A stretch of DNA of 64,000 nt from Helicobacter cetorum (lineage in GTDB: Bacteria; Campylobacterota; Campylobacteria; Campylobacterales; UBA6016): NCBI GenBank assembly GCA_022729705.1, contig DZAX01000003.1, positions 17,214-81,213 of the forward strand, given 5' to 3'. Below, one piece after another: positions 18,927-28,622 of this stretch. Within the stretch, counting starts at the first letter, position 1. Every line of letters starts with the position of its first letter. Position numbers and translations under genes: made by a program. The notes beneath the pieces were generated by a model. The model did not search any database and had not been told where the DNA came from. It worked only from the letters and a program-made list of their open reading frames with translations.

Positions 18927-19940
18927 CTATATAACCTTTGACACAGACAAAACAAACGCCTTAGGCTCCTCTATCGTTATTTTTCCGCCATGCGCAGCGG
19001 CTATTTGTAGAGACAAGGCTAGTCCTAATCCATTGCCTTTTGTTTTTGTCGTCTTAAACGGGTCAAAGAGCATCGCCTTATCTGCTATAGGCGCTCCGCT
19101 ATCCTCTACTCTCAAAAAATAGAAGTTTTCATTTTCGCTCATTGTGACGCATATTAGACCGTTGTCCTCTCTTGCGTCCTCTATCGCATCTATCGCATTA
19201 AAAAGCAGATTTTGCATAACCATGGATATAAGCTCCAAATCGCCGTTTATAGTGGCGTTTGGCAAAAAAAACCTAAACTCAACGTCTTTTGAATAAGAGT
19301 ATTTGCCCATAGAGCTTCGCAACTCATTTTCCAGCGTATTAAGCTCAAACGGACTTTTTTTGATAGGCGCCCCTTTTGTAAAGAGTAGAGTCGCTTTGAT
19401 GATACGCTCCACGCGCCAAATAGACTTTTTGATCTCATCGACGACCGGACGGATATTTTCACCAACCATACTATGAAGCGTTGAAGCTAGTATTGCGACG
19501 CTGCCTACGGGATTTCTGATCTCATGCGCCAAATGCGCCGCCATCTGCCCCATAGAGGCTAGTCTTTGAGTTCTTTTTTGCTCTGTAATATCGGTTGCCG
19601 ATACGATGGTCTTAGTGCCGAGCTTGACAGATTTTATGAGAAATGATTTTTCGTCTATCTCAACCTCTCCGTTGTGTTTAAAGTTTTGATGGTCAAAGCC
19701 CAAAGCTCCGGCGGTGGAGTTTTGCAAAAATATCTTTCCCTGCTCATCCAAAACCCATATCGCCGTCGGTAAAAACTCTATAATCTCACTTAATATCTTA
19801 TGAAGAGCCTCATAAGAGCCTTTTAGTTCTCTATACTCGTGCTCTACAACGTATGTTTGGTTGATGAGCGTGTCTAGGGTGTCCAAAAATAGTTTCTTAT
19901 CTTCTGTAGAGAGCTGTTCTAGTAATTTCTTATCAATCAT
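18927..19940 (-). CDS. Cytoplasmic PAS-histidine kinase (NtrB/FlgS-like)
   Basis: H-box AHLAHEIRNPVGS, N-box LLFNAIDAIED, G-boxes VEDSGAPI and GNGLGLALS. No TM segments. Confidence 0.8.
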   Translation of the reverse strand: MIDKKLLEQLSTEDKKLFLDTLDTLINQTYVVEHEYRELKGSYEALHKILSEIIEFLPTAIWVLDEQGKIFLQNSTAGALGFDHQNFKHNGEVEIDEKSFLIKSVKLGTKTIVSATDITEQKRTQRLASMGQMAAHLAHEIRNPVGSVAILASTLHSMVGENIRPVVDEIKKSIWRVERIIKATLLFTKGAPIKKSPFELNTLENELRSSMGKYSYSKDVEFRFFLPNATINGDLELISMVMQNLLFNAIDAIEDAREDNGLICVTMSENENFYFLRVEDSGAPIADKAMLFDPFKTTKTKGNGLGLALSLQIAAAHGGKITIEEPKAFVLSVSKVI

Positions 19941-20080
19941 TCCACGGCTTTTTTTGATTAAATCATATCGCCAATTAGCTAAATAGCACCTATAAAATAG
20001 TGTAATCAGTAAATAAGATATAAAATACGAGCTGAATTAGAAACAAAAGGCACCGAAAAAATGAGAGCTAACAAAAAAAT

Positions 20081-21499
20081 ATGCGAAGAAGCAACAAACC
20101 ATTGAATAAGCTACATATTTTTTGGCTTATAAGCTCTTTGACGCTTCTCAGGCTCATAAGCGCACCCTTTTTTGGGTATGGCGTAGATGAGGCTCACTAT
20201 GTTTTGTATGCGAAATATTTGGCGTTAAGCTACTTTGACCATCCGCCGCTTGTTGGGTGGACGCACTATATCTTTTCGTTTTTTGGAGAGGGAGAGTTTT
20301 GGGCTAGAGTCCCAGCTATACTTCTTGGGGCGTTAAACAGCACTCTTGTTTATCTGCTTCTCAAAGATAAAGACGAGAGGGCGGCTTTGTGGGCGGTAAT
20401 TGCGCTTAACGCCTCTTTTGTGCTCTCCGTGCTGTTTTTGACGCTTATGCCTGACTCTTTGCTTATCACTTTTATGCTATTTTTGATTGTTGCGGCAAAG
20501 AGATTGGCGAGAGCGAAGAGCGCGACAAACTATCTGCTTATCGGCGTGATTTTTGGGCTTTTGGGGCTTAGTAAATACACGGCGATACTGTTTGTTCCGG
20601 CATTTTTACTCTATCTTTTTTGGATTAGACGAAGCGATATTTTGTTTGATCCAAGGCTTGCTATCGCCTTTTTTGCGGCGCTTGCTCTTATCTCGCCCGT
20701 TATCGTATGGAATATTCAAAACGACTTTGCAAGCCTCGCTTATCAAGCCTCACACGTTAGCGGCGGCGAGAGCGGAAGCTTTAAAAACTTTTTTATCTCT
20801 CTTGGGCGTCAATTTGCATCTTACAACCCCGCTCTTTTTATTATCGCTTTTTACGGGCTTTTTCGAGCGGCTAAAGGGCGCGAATTTAAGCTAGAGACTA
20901 TGCTTGGTGCCTCAATACTCTTGTTTATGCTTATCTCTCAATACCGCCAAGTGGCGTTGCCTCACTGGATAAGCCCATTTTTTGCGCTTTTTGTTCCTAT
21001 TGGCGCTTTTTATCTTTATATTGAGAGAGAGCGGCTTGCTAGGTGGACGCTAGGAGTTAGCCTCGCTTTGGCGGCGCTCATACATCTGGAGCTTATAGCA
21101 AAACTGGGAACACTTCCCGATTTTAAGTCGCCGTTTAGAGATATATACGGCTGGGATGAAGCCGCAAAAGAGGCGACAAAAAAACTAGAAGAGCTAAACT
21201 CTACAAACAAAGCCCTCGCAGTTGCAAACTGGAGCATGGCGAGTCGCGCGATAGCGTATGCGGGCGCACCCGTCTACCTGCCTGATGAGCGAAAAGATCA
21301 GTTTGATATTTGGCTTGGCGACTCTCCGGCTGGAAAAGATTTGCTCTTTATTAATCCAAAAACATTTAACATAGATATAAATTTTTCTTTTGAATGCGCC
21401 GATGTTGTCAACCTAGGGAAGTACGATGCAAAAATCAACGGCGGGACTGTTGAGAGCTTCTCTTTTGATTTATGCTCTAATTTCAAAGGTAAACGATGA
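20081..21499 (+). CDS. GT39/ArnT-like membrane glycosyltransferase
   Basis: 472 aa, multi-TM. The N-terminal loop YGVDEAHYVLYAKYLALSYFDHPPLVGW is typical of the PMT_2/ArnT family. Confidence 0.7.
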   Translation: MRRSNKPLNKLHIFWLISSLTLLRLISAPFFGYGVDEAHYVLYAKYLALSYFDHPPLVGWTHYIFSFFGEGEFWARVPAILLGALNSTLVYLLLKDKDERAALWAVIALNASFVLSVLFLTLMPDSLLITFMLFLIVAAKRLARAKSATNYLLIGVIFGLLGLSKYTAILFVPAFLLYLFWIRRSDILFDPRLAIAFFAALALISPVIVWNIQNDFASLAYQASHVSGGESGSFKNFFISLGRQFASYNPALFIIAFYGLFRAAKGREFKLETMLGASILLFMLISQYRQVALPHWISPFFALFVPIGAFYLYIERERLARWTLGVSLALAALIHLELIAKLGTLPDFKSPFRDIYGWDEAAKEATKKLEELNSTNKALAVANWSMASRAIAYAGAPVYLPDERKDQFDIWLGDSPAGKDLLFINPKTFNIDINFSFECADVVNLGKYDAKINGGTVESFSFDLCSNFKGKR

Positions 21500-22098
21500 A
21501 AAACCCTGTTTTTATTACTTCACTTATGGCGGTACTAGCTTTTTGCACCCTTGGTTATCTCTATTTAGACGTGCCGGTTGCGACTCTTTTTTACAAGACA
21601 AAACCGATTCCGGCTGTTTTTGAGTTTATAACGGCGTTTGGGATTCCAACATGGTATCTTACATCGTTTGCGGCTATTTTCATATTTTTTAGATATTTTG
21701 CAAAAATAGAAGAGAGGGCAAACGTATTTTTTTATCTATTTTGGGCGGTTGCGGGTAGCGGCATAGTCGCTGATATTTTGAAGTTTATCTTTGGTAGGGC
21801 TAGACCGGAGTTGTACTTTTCCGAGCAGATATACGGCTTTAAGTTTATCGGCTTATATGCTCTATACTTTTCGTTTCCATCAGGACACGCTGCGACCGCT
21901 TTTTCGCTTGCGACTGCTATAGCGTTTTTTAAGCCAAAATTTACTGTTTTTTTGTATTCTACGGCGGCTTTGATCGCTTTTAGCCGTATAGCTATTGGAG
22001 CCCACTATACGAGTGACGTTGTGGCGGGAGCGTATATAGGGGTTGTTTTTGCTCTTTGGCTTAAAGCGGCGATGGAAAGTAGAGGTTATAGATTTTGA
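21496..22098 (+). CDS. PAP2-family membrane phosphatase (LpxE/PgpB-like)
   Basis: KFIFGRARP, PSGH and SRIAIGAHYTSD form the tripartite PAP2 motif. It is coupled to the upstream glycosyltransferase. Confidence 0.8.
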   Translation: MKNPVFITSLMAVLAFCTLGYLYLDVPVATLFYKTKPIPAVFEFITAFGIPTWYLTSFAAIFIFFRYFAKIEERANVFFYLFWAVAGSGIVADILKFIFGRARPELYFSEQIYGFKFIGLYALYFSFPSGHAATAFSLATAIAFFKPKFTVFLYSTAALIAFSRIAIGAHYTSDVVAGAYIGVVFALWLKAAMESRGYRF

Positions 22099-22772
22099 AA
22101 TCTCCAAAACATATAGCCATTATTATGGACGGCAACGGCAGATGGGCAAAGCTAAGAGGCAAAATAAGGGTAAAAGGTCATGAAGAGGGCGCAAAAAGAG
22201 TCCGCACTATCACAGAGAGCGCGACAAACGCCGGAGTAAAATACCTCACGCTTTACGCCTTTAGCACCGAAAACTGGGCGAGACCAAAAACAGAAGTAGA
22301 GTTTTTGATGAAACTGCTTGAGAAGTATCTCGACAACGAGCTTGCTACATATCAAAAAAACTCTACAAAGTTTAAAGCGATAGGCGACATATCCAAATTT
22401 TCAGCCTCGCTAAAAGAAAAAATAGAAAATGCGGAACAAACGACTGCAAACAACAAAAAACTAACCCAAATACTAGCCATAAACTACGGCTCAAAAGACG
22501 AAATAGTAAGAGCCGCCAAAAAAATGATGGACTCTTCGCTAGAATTCACCGAAGAGAATCTAAACGCCTCTCTTGACACAAATGAGATTCCGCCCGTAGA
22601 TATGCTGATAAGAACCGGCGGAGACAAACGGCTTTCAAATTTTTTACTGTGGCAGAGCGCTTATGCGGAGCTATTTTTTACCGATACGCTATGGCCTGAT
22701 TTTGATGAAAAAGAGTTTTTTTCGTTAATAGAAGAGTTTAAAACTAGAGAGAGGAGATTTGGAAAGGTATGA
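22095..22772 (+). CDS. uppS: Undecaprenyl diphosphate synthase
   Basis: HIAIIMDGNGRWA, IRTGGDKRLSNFLLWQSAYAELFF. Confidence 0.9.
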   Translation: MKSPKHIAIIMDGNGRWAKLRGKIRVKGHEEGAKRVRTITESATNAGVKYLTLYAFSTENWARPKTEVEFLMKLLEKYLDNELATYQKNSTKFKAIGDISKFSASLKEKIENAEQTTANNKKLTQILAINYGSKDEIVRAAKKMMDSSLEFTEENLNASLDTNEIPPVDMLIRTGGDKRLSNFLLWQSAYAELFFTDTLWPDFDEKEFFSLIEEFKTRERRFGKV

Positions 22773-23521
22773 TACTGTTTGCTATTCTCCTTGGCGTAAT
22801 ATTTGGTTCTTTTTTGAATGTTCTTATAGTTAGAGTCCCAAGCGGGCAAAGTATAGTAAAACCCTCATCCCACTGTCCGGTATGCAAAAATCCGCTCAAA
22901 TGGAGCCACAATATCCCTATTTTTTCATATCTATATTTGAAGGGATTGTGCGCCTATTGCAACGTCAAAATAAGCCCCGTTTATCTATTGATGGAGGTGT
23001 TATCCGGCGTAATATTTGCGGCTGTATTTCTCAAATCTCCAAATATTTTTTACGCTCTCTGCGTCTCCGTATCGTTTAGTCTTCTTTTGGCGCTCTCCGT
23101 CATAGATATAAGATACAAAGAGGCTCCGGATTCCATCAATCTTTCAGCTTTTATGGCTGGGCTTGCGGCGGCTATGTTTTATGCGCCTATGCCGATGTTT
23201 GTCAACTTTTTACACCTTTTGGAGTATGGTAAATCGGCGTTTATTCTTGCCGGGTTTTTTGTTATGCTACGCTTTTCGCTCTCATATTTTCTAAAAAAAG
23301 AGAGTTTAGGCGAGGCGGACATCATAGTCGCGGCGACACTCGGGGCGATGCTTGGGAGTATGAACGGCTTTTTGGCTATATTTTTGGGAGCTCTGTTTTC
23401 TTTGATTCCGGCGTTTATCTATCGTAAGCGCGGCATTTATGAAGTGGCCTTTGTGCCTTATCTTACAGCGGGCGGTTTTTTGGTGTTTATGTTCAAAGAG
23501 AGCCTTTGGTTTATGGGTTAA
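22769..23521 (+). CDS. Prepilin (type IV) leader peptidase, A24 family
   Basis: N-terminal CPVCKNPLKWSHNIPIFSYL...CAYC zinc-like motif, polytopic, GEADI and later Asp-containing loops. Confidence 0.75.
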   Translation: MILFAILLGVIFGSFLNVLIVRVPSGQSIVKPSSHCPVCKNPLKWSHNIPIFSYLYLKGLCAYCNVKISPVYLLMEVLSGVIFAAVFLKSPNIFYALCVSVSFSLLLALSVIDIRYKEAPDSINLSAFMAGLAAAMFYAPMPMFVNFLHLLEYGKSAFILAGFFVMLRFSLSYFLKKESLGEADIIVAATLGAMLGSMNGFLAIFLGALFSLIPAFIYRKRGIYEVAFVPYLTAGGFLVFMFKESLWFMG

Positions 23522-23525
23522 TGCG

Positions 23526-24581
23526 TTGAAAAGAGTTGAGGCATATATTTTACATAACTTTCTATCTTTTTTTCTGTCGTTTTTTTTCACGCTTTTTGCG
23601 ATTTCGTCGCTTGTGCTTATCATTAGGCTTGCGGATTTGACGGGCGTCGTCAATGTTGATTTTGGCGAATTTGTCTCCTTGTATCTATTTGGTGCGCCGC
23701 AACTGCTTTTTTATACGCTTCCAATAGCGTTTTTCTTGGCCTCAGGGCTCTCTTTTGCCAAACTCTCCTTTGATAGGGAGCTTGTTGCGATGTTTGCGCT
23801 GGGGGCAAATCTACGCGTTTTGATGACCCCTATCGTCAAAATAGCGTTTATGCTCACAATCGCTCTTTTGTTTATAGGCTACTTTGTGCATCCGTATAGC
23901 GTTTCGGTCGCCAAAAACTTCATAGAAAACAAAAAAAATATCTCAAAACTAAACATAAAACCAAGCGAAGCGGGGCAGAAGTTTGGCGACTGGCTTGTCT
24001 TTGTCTCCGGCGAAAAAAATGGCGACTTTGTAGATACAGTACTCTTTTCAGCCTCCTCCAAAGCCTCTCTTATCGGCGAAAATGCGGGCGAAAAAAACCA
24101 AAGCTCCACGTTTGTATCGGCAAAAAGCGCTCAAATAAGCGTACAAAACGGCGGTGCGGCTTTAGTTTTAAAAGACGGCAAAGGGTATAGGCTGGAGCAA
24201 AACTCTACAAAACTACTCCACTTTGAAGAGATGCGCATCAAAAGTGCTCCAAAAGATGGTGCGTTTCAACCCTCAAACTTTGTGGAGTATTGGAAAGAGG
24301 CGTTTACGGATAATAAAAGAGCAAAAGATTTTAGCGATGTATTTTTGACCGCCGTCTTTCCTCTTGCCTCTATCTTTTTTATACCCGCTTTTGGGATTAT
24401 CAACCCAAGGTATCAAAAAAATAGGGCGGCGTTGTATCTTATCTTGGCGATAACACTTTTTTATACCCTTATGCTTGCCATAAACCCTGTTTTGACCTAC
24501 CTTGGTATATTCGTCATAACTCCGCTCTGGTTTGCAATCGGGTATGTGCTTTACAAAAAAAGCGGCGCGGTTAGGTTTTAG
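23526..24581 (+). CDS. LptF/LptG (YjgP/YjgQ) family LPS export permease
   Basis: A TTG start at 23526 gives MKRVEAYILHNFLSFFLSFFFTLFAI..., followed by a periplasmic beta-jellyroll-like middle and C-terminal TMs. The longer ORF from 23439 overlaps the peptidase gene. Confidence 0.65.
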   Translation: MKRVEAYILHNFLSFFLSFFFTLFAISSLVLIIRLADLTGVVNVDFGEFVSLYLFGAPQLLFYTLPIAFFLASGLSFAKLSFDRELVAMFALGANLRVLMTPIVKIAFMLTIALLFIGYFVHPYSVSVAKNFIENKKNISKLNIKPSEAGQKFGDWLVFVSGEKNGDFVDTVLFSASSKASLIGENAGEKNQSSTFVSAKSAQISVQNGGAALVLKDGKGYRLEQNSTKLLHFEEMRIKSAPKDGAFQPSNFVEYWKEAFTDNKRAKDFSDVFLTAVFPLASIFFIPAFGIINPRYQKNRAALYLILAITLFYTLMLAINPVLTYLGIFVITPLWFAIGYVLYKKSGAVRF

Positions 24582-24586
24582 CGACT

Positions 24587-25315
24587 TTGAGGGTTTTGGC
24601 TATTGTGGAGTACAACGGCAGTCGGTTTTTTGGCTCCCAGGTTCAAGCGTCTACAAAAGAGACGGTGATGGGTAGGCTCGGCGAGGCGCTAAGCTCCGTG
24701 GGCGTCTTCGCACCGCCTCTAGCCTCGGGCAGAACCGACGCCGGCGTACACGCTCTTTGCCAGCCAATAACCTTTGATATTCCGCCGTTTTGGGAGAGCG
24801 AGCTTGCTAAGCTAAAAGTGCATCTAAACGCAAAGTTAGCCCCATATATCAAAATCAAAAAAATCACCCCCGTAAAAGACGACTTTCACCCAAGGTTTCA
24901 CGCCAAAAGAAGAGTCTATCGCTATGCGCTAAAAGTCGGCGAACAAGAGCCGTTTTTTGGTGATTTTGTCATGTTTGTAAAGTCGCTTGATATGACTCGC
25001 ATCAAAGAGGCGATAAAGATTTTTGAGGGTGAACACGACTTTGGTCTTTTCAAGAAAAACGGAAGCGCCGAAAAAAGTAGTGTACGCCAAATGTACAAAA
25101 CATCTATCTATTTACACAAAGAGCTTTATATCTTCAGGTTTGAGGCAAACAGCTTTTTAAGAAGCCAAATAAGGCTAATGATGGGTGCTCTACTCGATGT
25201 GTCTGAGGGTAAAATAACAAAAGAGCAATTAAAAGAGCAGTTGGGCGGCAAAGCCAGATACACCGCCCGCATTGCTCCTCCGAATGGGCTTTATCTCTCT
25301 AAGGTGTATTATTAG
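24587..25315 (+). CDS. truA: tRNA pseudouridine(38-40) synthase TruA
   Basis: VEYNGSRFFGSQVQ and GRTDAGVHA catalytic Asp motif, 242 aa. Confidence 0.9.
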   Translation: MRVLAIVEYNGSRFFGSQVQASTKETVMGRLGEALSSVGVFAPPLASGRTDAGVHALCQPITFDIPPFWESELAKLKVHLNAKLAPYIKIKKITPVKDDFHPRFHAKRRVYRYALKVGEQEPFFGDFVMFVKSLDMTRIKEAIKIFEGEHDFGLFKKNGSAEKSSVRQMYKTSIYLHKELYIFRFEANSFLRSQIRLMMGALLDVSEGKITKEQLKEQLGGKARYTARIAPPNGLYLSKVYY

Positions 25316-25425
25316 CTTGCCATAGCCACAAGACGGGTTATTTTATCGCTTCTCGTTGGCGTGCTTATCGGCAAGCTTGTAGTTGCCGGATTTAATCCTT
25401 TTGTTGCGGTTTATCTTAGCATCGA

Positions 25426-25434
25426 GGGGGGGGG
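25426..25434 (+). repeat. Poly-G tract (G9)
   Basis: ATCGA-GGGGGGGGG-TAATC, with a second G6 at 25452..25457. One G fewer would fuse two membrane-protein-like reading frames. Confidence 0.9.
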
Positions 25435-25461
25435 TAATCGCTCTTTTTAAAGGGGGGTGGG

Positions 25462-26650
25462 TTGTCAAAAGTATTATTTTTGCGGCTCTTATTGGCTCGC
25501 TACTTACTTTGGCGGCGGAGAGCGGCTTATGCAAGCGAGAGCGAAGTGAGAACCGTTGACGACTCAAAGCTAAGAAAAAAGATTTTTGAGGTGTGGGATG
25601 AAAAATCAAGCGTCAAAAAAGGCGAACATCTAGCCTCTTTGTCCTTGCTAAACCAAGACGGTTACGGCGAAAACCTGCTTTTGTATGATAGAGGGCAAAA
25701 AAAGAGGTTACGCGACTACGCAACCAACCTCTCAGCCGTAAACAAAAACGGCATAGTCGTAAGAAACTCCGACATTAGAGCGTTGCCAAGCGCCAAACCA
25801 TATTTCTTAATCCGCAAAAAGAGGGCGAGGGGTTTCCCTTTGATTATTTCCAAGAGAGCAAAATCTATGCAAACACCCCTATTTGCGCCCTATTTGCAAC
25901 CGCTGACGAGGCGTTTTTTTATGTCTCAAACTACATAAGCGGCGGCTGGATTGACTCAAGAAATATCTACTTTACGACTCCGCAAGAAGAAGAGAGGCTC
26001 AAAAACTCAAAACAGCTGTTTTTGGAAAAAACGGAGTGTTTTTGGAAAAAATGGCTATCGGCTCTTTTGTGTACAAAGACGGCGAAGAGTTTTTGGGCGC
26101 AAGTAATGAGGGCATATCAAAGCTTATTTTTGACAAAGACGCTTTTGCGCCGCTACCGCTTGAGTTTTCAGAGCGTACCCTCTCCGCTTTGGCGGATGGC
26201 ATGATGAACGAGCCTTACGGCTGGGGCGGGATGTTTGACAATAGGGATTGCTCTATATTTTTGAGGGATTTGTATCTGCCATTTGGCGTATACTTGCCCA
26301 GAAACTCCAAAGACCAAGTAAAGCTTCACAGCAAAAGATATATAGACCTCTCAAAGCTTAGCGAAGCCAAAAAAAGTGAATACATCACGCAAAACGCGAC
26401 TCCGTTTGACACGCTTTTGTATCTCAAAGGGCATATTTTGCTCTATATCGGACAGCGAGATGGCGAACCACTGGCACTACATGATATGTGGGGGTTTGCA
26501 TATAGCAAAAACGGCGAAGAAAAAAAGTATATTATCGGAAAACCAGTCATATCAACGCTTTATATAGGCGAAAAGCATGATGGGTTCGATGGTAATAAAA
26601 GTATTGCCGCGAGGCTTCTTGGTATGCGGGATATAGCGCCTAGGTTTTGA
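25462..26650 (+). pseudogene. NlpC/P60-family cell-wall hydrolase with SH3b-like N-terminal domains, disrupted by frameshifts
   Basis: Homology-like text continues across three frames: frame 1 to ~25800 (...RALPSAKPYF), frame 3 (LNPQKEGEGFPFDYFQESKIYANTP...GGWIDSRNIYF), then frame 2 from 26036 (...YGWGGMFDNRDCSIFLRDLY...GHILLYIG...HDMWG). There is a tandem GTTTTTGGAAAAAA duplication at ~26020. Confidence 0.65.
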
Positions 26651-26847
26651 GCTGTTATAGGGGTTTTGGCGCAAAAATATTAATGAGAGCCATGGGGCTT
26701 GGTTTGTCGGGGTATTATATTTTGGCTGATTAATTTTTAGGTAAACTCATAAAATACTTTATTTTGAAGTTCTTTCACGGTCTCGCTGGGTGGGAACACA
26801 GATTCAATTAATTGTTCCAACTCAGGAGAGCGGGAACGAGTCAAAAT
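26329..26847 (+). repeat. Long direct repeat, copy 1 (3' part of the NlpC/P60 gene plus ~200 bp downstream)
   Basis: Near-identical by eye to 27778..28331. Confidence 0.85.
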
Positions 26848-26960
26848 CTTGGAGAGTATAGCAAAAGTACTTTTGGTAGGCGACGCTGTAAAAGTCGTAT
26901 GCATTTTGTAGGTTTTATTTTGCTAGAATCCAAACAAAAGTCGGTAGAAAGGAGTATCAA

Positions 26961-27221
26961 ATGTATGCAGTCGAGTTTGAGACGGTATCAAAAGACGGCG
27001 TTATTTATATACCGCAAGAGTATAGAGACGAACTTGGAAATAGAGACGATATACGACTAATCGTAATGTATGATATTGCGACGCAAATAGGCAAAAACAG
27101 AGACGAACCCATCGATAAATTGAAGTATTTAGAAAAACTTTTTTTAAACTCAAATAATCAAATAACGGCAACAAAAGAGCTTGCTATAAATACGGATAAG
27201 ATGACAGATGATATATCTTGA
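26961..27221 (+). CDS. vapB: AbrB/SpoVT-type antitoxin (VapB-like)
   Basis: 86 aa. The N-terminal MYAVEFETVSKDGVIYIPQEYRDELG is a swapped-hairpin AbrB-like pattern. It overlaps the PIN gene by 14 nt. Confidence 0.65.
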   Translation: MYAVEFETVSKDGVIYIPQEYRDELGNRDDIRLIVMYDIATQIGKNRDEPIDKLKYLEKLFLNSNNQITATKELAINTDKMTDDIS

Positions 27222-27612
27222 TACAAATATCTTGATATACGCTTTTTGCAAAAATGTGGATAATGAAGAGCAGAAAACGATTGCGCAGGGGATTTTAAAA
27301 TCTGCAATATCCGAAGAAAAACTTTTACTCTCCGAGTTGACGATGTACGAGTTTGCTTTTGTTTCACAAAAATTAAAAGAGTCCAGTGAGGCGACAAGGC
27401 TAAACTTGGATTTTTTGTCACAATATGTCAAAAATGCAAATATACACAAAAAAGTAATCGATACAATGCAAAAAACTTCGAGCTATAAACACTCTTTTGA
27501 TACGTACCATGTCTGCTTTGCCAATCATTTCAACTGCTCAGAAATCGTTACATACGATAGCGGTTTTAAGATATTTGACAAATACTCCGAGACAGTTATC
27601 AAAATAGTTTAA
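27208..27612 (+). CDS. vapC: PIN-domain ribonuclease toxin (VapC-like)
   Basis: MIYLDTNILIYAF start with conserved Asp, later acidic residues (SELTMYEF, TYD), 134 aa. Confidence 0.75.
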   Translation: MIYLDTNILIYAFCKNVDNEEQKTIAQGILKSAISEEKLLLSELTMYEFAFVSQKLKESSEATRLNLDFLSQYVKNANIHKKVIDTMQKTSSYKHSFDTYHVCFANHFNCSEIVTYDSGFKIFDKYSETVIKIV

Positions 27613-27777
27613 ATGTCGCTGTGGATTAGAATAGAGAGATTTGTAAAAAATGGAGACTGTCTCAAATGGTCGATATATTGCGGCAACAGATTTTGTATAA
27701 GGCAAACCAAATGCTTACATCCTCGGAAGAAATAAAAAGAAATGAAGATAAAGAAAAAGGGGACAGTCCCCATTTTT

Positions 27778-28331
27778 CAGCAAAAGATATATAGACCTCT
27801 CAAAGCTTAGCGAAGCCAAAAAAAATGAATACATCACGCAAAACGCAACTCCGTTTAACACGCTTTTGTATCTCAAAGGGCATATTTTGCTCTATATCGG
27901 AGGTCGAGAGGGCGAACCTCTTGCGCTGCATGATATGTGGGGGTTTGCATACAACAAAAACGGCGAAGAAAAAAGTATATCATCGGAAAACCCGTCATAT
28001 CAACGCTCTACATAGGCGAAAAGCATGATGGGTTTGATAGTAATAAAAGTATTGCCGCGAGGCTTCTTGGTATGCGGGATATTGCGCCTAGGTTTTGAGC
28101 TGTTATGGGAGTTTTGGCGCGAAAATATTAATGAGAGTTATGGGGCTTGGTTTGTCGGGGTATTATATTTTGGCTGATTAATTTTTAGGTAAACTCATAA
28201 AATACTTTATTTTGAAGTTCTTTCACGGTCTCGCTGGGTGGGAACACAGATTCAATTAATTGCTCCAACTCAGGAGAGCTGGAGCAAGAAGGTACTTTCA
28301 CAGTTTCAGGAGAGTGGGAACGAGTCAAAAT
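27778..28331 (+). repeat. Long direct repeat, copy 2 (degenerate: A7 to A6 frameshift and a ~35-bp internal insertion)
   Basis: Matches 26329..26847. The coding part is frameshifted at GAAGAAAAAAGT, and there is an extra CTGGAGCAAGAAGGTACTTTCACAGTTTCAGGAGAG near the end. Confidence 0.85.
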
Positions 28332-28622
28332 TTAGTTCAAATTTTCAGTAGAATTTACACGATTTTGCTTAAGTAAGCGCCATTCTAGCCTGTCCCTTTT
28401 TATTTTATTCCTTTTTATTATCTTAGAGGAGCCCTTAAGATAAGTTTGGTTATTCTTTTGAGAATTACTATATGTGTCCAGCTTCACCACGTTATGGCAT
28501 TTTAATTTAATAAAAAAGATAGCTTAAGCATAACTAAAGTATTTATAATCAAACAAGGATTGTAAATATGTCATAAGTCTATCTTTAGTAAAACAAGGAC
28601 GAACTCATATGCAAGGGTTATT

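Noticed and set aside
25343-25609. 88-aa minus-strand ORF across the poly-G region.
   Set aside because: It overlaps the decayed plus-strand frames, is a basic low-complexity sequence, and has no RBS.
27613-27738. 41-codon Cys-rich ORF right after the vapC stop (MSLWIRIERFVKNGDCLKWSIYCGNRFCIRQTKCLHPRKK).
   Set aside because: It is too short, has no clear RBS and cannot be checked for conservation here. It could be real, but the evidence is insufficient.
27735-28425. Possible ~35-bp imperfect inverted repeats (A-rich, ending AAAAAGGGGACAG / CTGTCCCTTTTT) flanking copy 2 of the long duplication.
   Set aside because: The similarity is largely A/T low-complexity, and GGGGACAGTCCCC is better explained as a terminator hairpin. 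It is not convincing as element termini.
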